64,000 nucleotides of DNA from Candidatus Heimdallarchaeota archaeon. GTDB lineage: Archaea > Asgardarchaeota > Heimdallarchaeia > Heimdallarchaeales > Heimdallarchaeaceae. Made by a program: the position numbers and the translations under genes. Every line of letters starts with the position of its first letter. Positions within the stretch are counted from its first letter, which is position 1. The stretch lies in the NCBI GenBank assembly GCA_030603365.1, contig JAUVXV010000012.1:70462-134461 (forward strand), written 5' to 3'. This document shows, one piece after another, positions 60,196 to 64,000 of the stretch. Under the pieces are notes generated by a model. The model searched no databases. It was not told the origin of the DNA and saw only the letters and a program-made list of their open reading frames with translations.

Positions 60196-61113
60196 ATGAA
60201 AGCGATTGTATATGAAAAATATGGTCCTCCTGAAGTTCTTCAACTCAAGGAGGTAGAAAAACCTATCCCTAAAGATAATGAAGTGTTGATAAAAGTACAT
60301 GCTTCAACAGTACATGCAGGTGACGTGAGAATGAGAAGTTTTACAGTTCCTCCTGCGGAATGGCTCATGGCACGATTATTTCTAGGTATTAGAAAACCAA
60401 AGAGAAGTATACTAGGGATGGAGCTAGCTGGGGAAATTGAGGCAGTAGGCAAGGATGTAAAGCTATTCAGTGAAGGTGACCCGGTTTTTGGATCTACTGG
60501 GATGAATTTTGGTGCTTATGCCGAGTACACATGTCTGCCTGAAAAAGCGGTACTGGCAATAAAACCGGCCAATATGACCTATGAGGAAGTTGCCCCTATT
60601 CCCAATGGGGGAATAACAGCATTACATTTTCTTAGAAAGGCAAACACCCAGAGCGGACAAAAAGTGCTTATCTATGGCGCTTCTGGAAGTGTAGGTACTT
60701 ATGCGGTACAGCTTGCCAAGTACTATGGGGCAGAAGTTACTGGGGTATGCAGTACTGCTAATCTGGAATTGGTCCAATCTCTGGGCGCCGATAAAGTAAT
60801 TGATTATACTCAAGAGGATTTTACTCAAAGTGGAGAGCTTTACGATATCGTCTTTGATACCGTTTTGAAATTATCGAAATCAAATTGCAAGAAAGCTCTA
60901 TCTCCGGACGGGAAATTCTTAACAACAAGGGGAATACATAAGCAACATGTTGAGGATTTAGACTTCCTCATAGAACTTATGGCGGCAGGAAAGTTTAAAG
61001 CGGTCATAGACAGAAGCTATCCGTTGGAACAGACTGCCAAGGCTCACAGATATGTCGAAAAAGGACACAAAAAGGGAAATGTAGTAATAACTGTGGAACA
61101 TAATAGCAAATGA
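60196..61113 (+). CDS. MDR dehydrogenase (copy 2)
   Basis: Same motifs; [17 protein letters not shown]. Confidence 0.92.
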   Translation: MKAIVYEKYGPPEVLQLKEVEKPIPKDNEVLIKVHASTVHAGDVRMRSFTVPPAEWLMARLFLGIRKPKRSILGMELAGEIEAVGKDVKLFSEGDPVFGSTGMNFGAYAEYTCLPEKAVLAIKPANMTYEEVAPIPNGGITALHFLRKANTQSGQKVLIYGASGSVGTYAVQLAKYYGAEVTGVCSTANLELVQSLGADKVIDYTQEDFTQSGELYDIVFDTVLKLSKSNCKKALSPDGKFLTTRGIHKQHVEDLDFLIELMAAGKFKAVIDRSYPLEQTAKAHRYVEKGHKKGNVVITVEHNSK

Positions 61114-61246
61114 CAACCCGTACCGTAGAAACATCGCCACTTATTTAAGCAAGAATCGCAGGGTTGCGGGCGCGCTACAAGTGATAAAAATAAGTAGTAG
61201 AAAAGTAACACTGTTTATTTTGATTCATAATGGAGGTGATTGAATT

Positions 61247-61624
61247 ATGGAAGATGTGAAGATAAAGCTTTCAGCGTTATGGGTAGCGCACATGTTAAGT
61301 ACTACTTATGCGGATGTGCTGCGATTATATGACCCGGGAGAAGTTGGAGGTATGCAAATCACTCATGAATTTATGTTGGTATCTGCAATAACTATGGTGA
61401 TTCCGATTTTTATGGTTTTCCTGTCCCTGACATTGAAATATAGAGCGAATCGCTGGGCAAACATGAGCGTAGGCATATTCTGGGTTGGTTATGATCTCTT
61501 GTTTTTGATCTCAAGTATGGCAAGTCCCGCTTTTGAGATATTTTTGGGAATTGTATACCTTATGTTTGCTGCACTGATTGTTTGGCATGCATGGAAGTGG
61601 CCTAAACAGGAAAGTCAGCCCTAA
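61247..61624 (+). CDS. DUF6326-like four-TM membrane protein
   Basis: KLS.LW...M....Y.D, IP..M..LS..L....NRW.N, AWKWP; SD GGAGGTGA. Confidence 0.75.
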   Translation: MEDVKIKLSALWVAHMLSTTYADVLRLYDPGEVGGMQITHEFMLVSAITMVIPIFMVFLSLTLKYRANRWANMSVGIFWVGYDLLFLISSMASPAFEIFLGIVYLMFAALIVWHAWKWPKQESQP

Positions 61625-61892
61625 TATCATACTTTCATTGTTCGACTGCAATCCTCTTTTCTCTTTTTTCTTTTTCACCAGAAAACAGTAGCATTAGATA
61701 TTCTCTTAAACAAACAATCAAAAACTAGTTAGATGCAGACATGCCCTGTGTGGTTGCTAAACTAGAACTGTCTTCCATGGAGTCTTATAAGCTGCGAAGT
61801 ACATTGTAAAGAGTGGAAGTCACACCTTAGATAGGGCTAGTTCGGGAGATATCTTCATCGCGCGCGATCAAAGCAATCTTGGAGGAATATTT

Positions 61893-62870
61893 ATGAAAGC
61901 AATTGTATGCACAAAATACGGGTCTCCGGAAGTTCTTCAGCTCAAAGAGGTAGAAAAACCTGCTGCCAAGGATAATGAAGTACTGATAAAAGTTCATGCG
62001 GCATCCTTAAACGCAGCTGACTTTGAATACCTGAGAGGTGTGTTCTTTGTCCGTCTAGCGGCGCCTATTAAACCAACATTCAAGATATTCGGATCTGACA
62101 TAGCCGGGCGGGTTGAAGCGGTTGGCAGAAAGGTAAAGCAGTTTCAGCCAGGTGATGAGGTGTTCGGGGACCTATCCCTGTGTGGTTTTGGTGCTTTTGC
62201 TGAGTATGTATGTGCCAGTGAAAATGCATTAGCGCTGAAATCGGCCAGTATGACATTCGAGGAAGCAGCGGCCCTACCTCAAGCGGCCGTCCTCGCCCTG
62301 CAGGGTCTTCGCGATAAAAGACCGATTCAGCCAGGACAAAAGGTTTTGATCAATGGTGCGGGTGGTGGTGTGGGTACGTTTGCGGTGCAGATTGCCAAAT
62401 CATTCGGGGCTGAAGTGACAGGCGTGGACAGAGCGATGAAATTGGACATGCTGCGCTCGATTGGTGCAGACCAGGTCATTGATTACACTCAAGAAGATTT
62501 CACTAAAAATGGGCAGCATTATGACCGGATTCTTGATGTTGCGGCACATCACCCGATTTTCGATTGCAAGCGTGCATTAAGTCCCAAGGGAATTTATCTC
62601 ATGGTCGGAGGTTCCACAGCTGCAATTTTCCAAGGTTTTTTACTAGCACCATTGATTTCAATGACCGGGAGTAAGAAAATGGGTATCCTGATGCATAAAC
62701 CAAACAAGGATTTGGCTTTTATAAAAGAACTTTTTGAAGCCGGCAAGGTCGTACCTGTCATAGATAGACGTTACCCGTTAAGTGAGGCGGCTGAAGCTTT
62801 CCAATATCTTGAAGAAGGACACGCCAAAGGAAAATTAGTCATAACTGTGAAACATAATAACAAAACCTAA
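61893..62870 (+). CDS. MDR dehydrogenase (copy 3, high GC)
   Basis: INGAGGGVG, GAD.VIDYT, GHAKGKLV; SD GGAGG. Confidence 0.92.
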   Translation: MKAIVCTKYGSPEVLQLKEVEKPAAKDNEVLIKVHAASLNAADFEYLRGVFFVRLAAPIKPTFKIFGSDIAGRVEAVGRKVKQFQPGDEVFGDLSLCGFGAFAEYVCASENALALKSASMTFEEAAALPQAAVLALQGLRDKRPIQPGQKVLINGAGGGVGTFAVQIAKSFGAEVTGVDRAMKLDMLRSIGADQVIDYTQEDFTKNGQHYDRILDVAAHHPIFDCKRALSPKGIYLMVGGSTAAIFQGFLLAPLISMTGSKKMGILMHKPNKDLAFIKELFEAGKVVPVIDRRYPLSEAAEAFQYLEEGHAKGKLVITVKHNNKT

Positions 62871-63090
62871 CAAGCTAACTCTACTGACCTGCCCCGTTAA
62901 TAACACCACTTGTTAAGTTAGAATTATGGGAATAATGGTCTGTTGTGGCTGAGTGATTGTTGGCTGTAATAAGGTCGGAATGCTGTATTCGGGAATTTCA
63001 ACATCCTCTTTTGCATTGAGAAAAAAAGTTCGAACAACGTCCTGCCAGGTGCACCCAGAATTTTTCCTGCCTTTACCTTCATTTGTCCCT

Positions 63091-63127
63091 TCCTCTCACC
63101 TTAATCCTCTCCCCTTGGGGGAGAGGA
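63091..63127. repeat. BoxC/REP-like bacterial palindrome
   Basis: CCTCTCACCTTAA-TCCTCTCCCC-ttg-GGGGAGAGGA, 10-bp stem. Confidence 0.5.
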
Positions 63128-63220
63128 AAAATGGAACATTTCTCTTTTTTTTTCGTCTAATGTAATAAAGATTAAGGCGAAAATTACCACTAAATATTAG
63201 TTTTAGTTAGGGAGGTGAAG

Positions 63221-63760
63221 ATGAAGAGAAAGTGGCTGATAGTATTGATGGGAGGATTAGTGCTGGTAGGCATAGTAGCTTCCGGGGCATTGGCCAGTCA
63301 AAGAGTAGATGTTAAGTTCAATGGGAAGAGAGTCAGGGCCCATATTCATCCGGAAAAAGACAAACGTGAGATAAAGGTTATGCTTCGCAAAGAGAGCAAG
63401 GTGGAAGCAGCCGGGGTGTTGTCCGATTTGGATTTAACTACAGAGCAGCAAGAAGGACTAGACAAACTACAAGTTGCTTTTCAAAAGGATATTCTTGAAC
63501 TACGCTTGCAATTGGAGGAAAAGCAGCTTGAGCTCAAGAGACTACTCTTGAAAGATTCCCCTGTTCAGGAAGAAATCGAGGTTCTGGTGGATGAAATGGG
63601 AACTGTCTGGGCTGAGATTCAGAAAAAGAGTATTAGTTTTAAAATGAACCTGGAAGACATATTGACCGAGGAGCAATTAGTTAAATTACGCAGAAGAGAA
63701 GGCACAAGGTTCAGGGCAGAGATAATGAGAAAAAATAGAGTCTTTTGTCGTTTCCGGTAA
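63221..63760 (+). CDS. Spy/CpxP-like periplasmic chaperone/heavy-metal sensor
   Basis: Signal peptide ending ALA; two LTxEQ motifs with coiled coil between. Confidence 0.8.
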   Translation: MKRKWLIVLMGGLVLVGIVASGALASQRVDVKFNGKRVRAHIHPEKDKREIKVMLRKESKVEAAGVLSDLDLTTEQQEGLDKLQVAFQKDILELRLQLEEKQLELKRLLLKDSPVQEEIEVLVDEMGTVWAEIQKKSISFKMNLEDILTEEQLVKLRRREGTRFRAEIMRKNRVFCRFR

Positions 63761-63780
63761 AACGAAAATTTAGTTAATAG

Positions 63781-63833
63781 GGAAGAGGAATCATTAAGAT
63801 TGAGTATTCTCAGAGGAAGAAGATTCCTCTTCC
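63781..63833. terminator. 12-bp perfect inverted repeat after the Spy/CpxP gene
   Basis: GGAAGAGGAATC (63781-63792) / GATTCCTCTTCC (63822-63833). Confidence 0.5.
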
Positions 63834-63848
63834 TTTATCCTATAGAAG

Positions 63849-63857
63849 TGATATAAT
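63849..63857 (+). promoter_or_regulatory. Bacterial extended -10 promoter element
   Basis: TGATATAAT matches TGnTATAAT, about 60 nt before the final ORF. Confidence 0.45.
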
Positions 63858-63918
63858 GGAAACAGCAAGTTCATTCTGTAGTGGGTTAGAGTTGAAATCT
63901 TTGGAAACTATTGGGGAT

Positions 63919-64000
63919 ATGTGTATTAATAGACCTGAAGTAATGCATTCGGATGAAGAATTAGTGGAAAGGTTTGTAGGTGGAGAGACTGATAGTTTTC
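63919..64000 (+). CDS. N-terminus of a probable ECF sigma-70 factor (partial)
   Basis: MCINRPEVMHSDEELVERFVGGETDSF; SDEELV....G...F is a typical ECF sigma start; only 27 codons visible. Confidence 0.55.
   Translation, partial: MCINRPEVMHSDEELVERFVGGETDSF

Noticed and set aside
109-63165. Many short ORF-track entries antisense to or overlapping long genes (e.g. 109-372, 924-1217, 1997-2503, 7015-7299, 20844-21098, 40892-41197, 57356-57742, 59143-59547, 62953-63165)
   Set aside because: Shadow frames of well-supported genes, or no motifs or RBS
1-64000. Global reassignment of TAA/TAG to a sense codon
   Set aside because: Many genes end correctly at TAA or TAG (gdhA TAG, pmbA TAA) at the family-expected C-terminus
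1-64000. tRNA, rRNA, CRISPR arrays, transposases and integrases
   Set aside because: None recognised by eye; a tRNAscan/cmscan run would be needed to exclude small RNAs

Overview
Most of this window (1 to about 60,300) is AT-rich, gene-dense archaeal DNA. The CDP-archaeol synthase, an archaeal SelB-like EF (MM1309/aSelBL family), TPR proteins, NosD/LVIVD surface proteins and poly-T terminators suggest an Asgard archaeon, probably Heimdallarchaeia-like (inference). It encodes peptide and amino-acid scavenging (GDH, TldD/PmbA, PepF, four family-5 solute-binding proteins), transporters and about ten C-terminally anchored surface proteins. Main observations: (1) all four family-5 binding proteins are circularly permuted, C-terminally anchored and have no ABC partners here; (2) a possible bacterial-type fatty-acyl lipid toolkit: three DegV/FakB paralogues, an a/b-hydrolase and an NTP-transferase beside a divergent CarS, plus a separate three-gene PlsA/PlsR(Ger)-like reductase/activase operon; (3) two otherwise intact genes carry in-frame TAG/TAA stops; (4) a candidate structured leader RNA, an unannotated half-LIM-like Zn-finger microprotein and a SatD system with tandem operators; (5) from about 60,400 GC rises through tandem MDR dehydrogenase genes into clearly bacterial-type DNA (Spy/CpxP, ECF sigma start), so the end is either a transferred island or a chimeric assembly. 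No rRNA, tRNA, CRISPR array or transposase was recognised. All assignments come from reading motifs by eye; no database searches were run.
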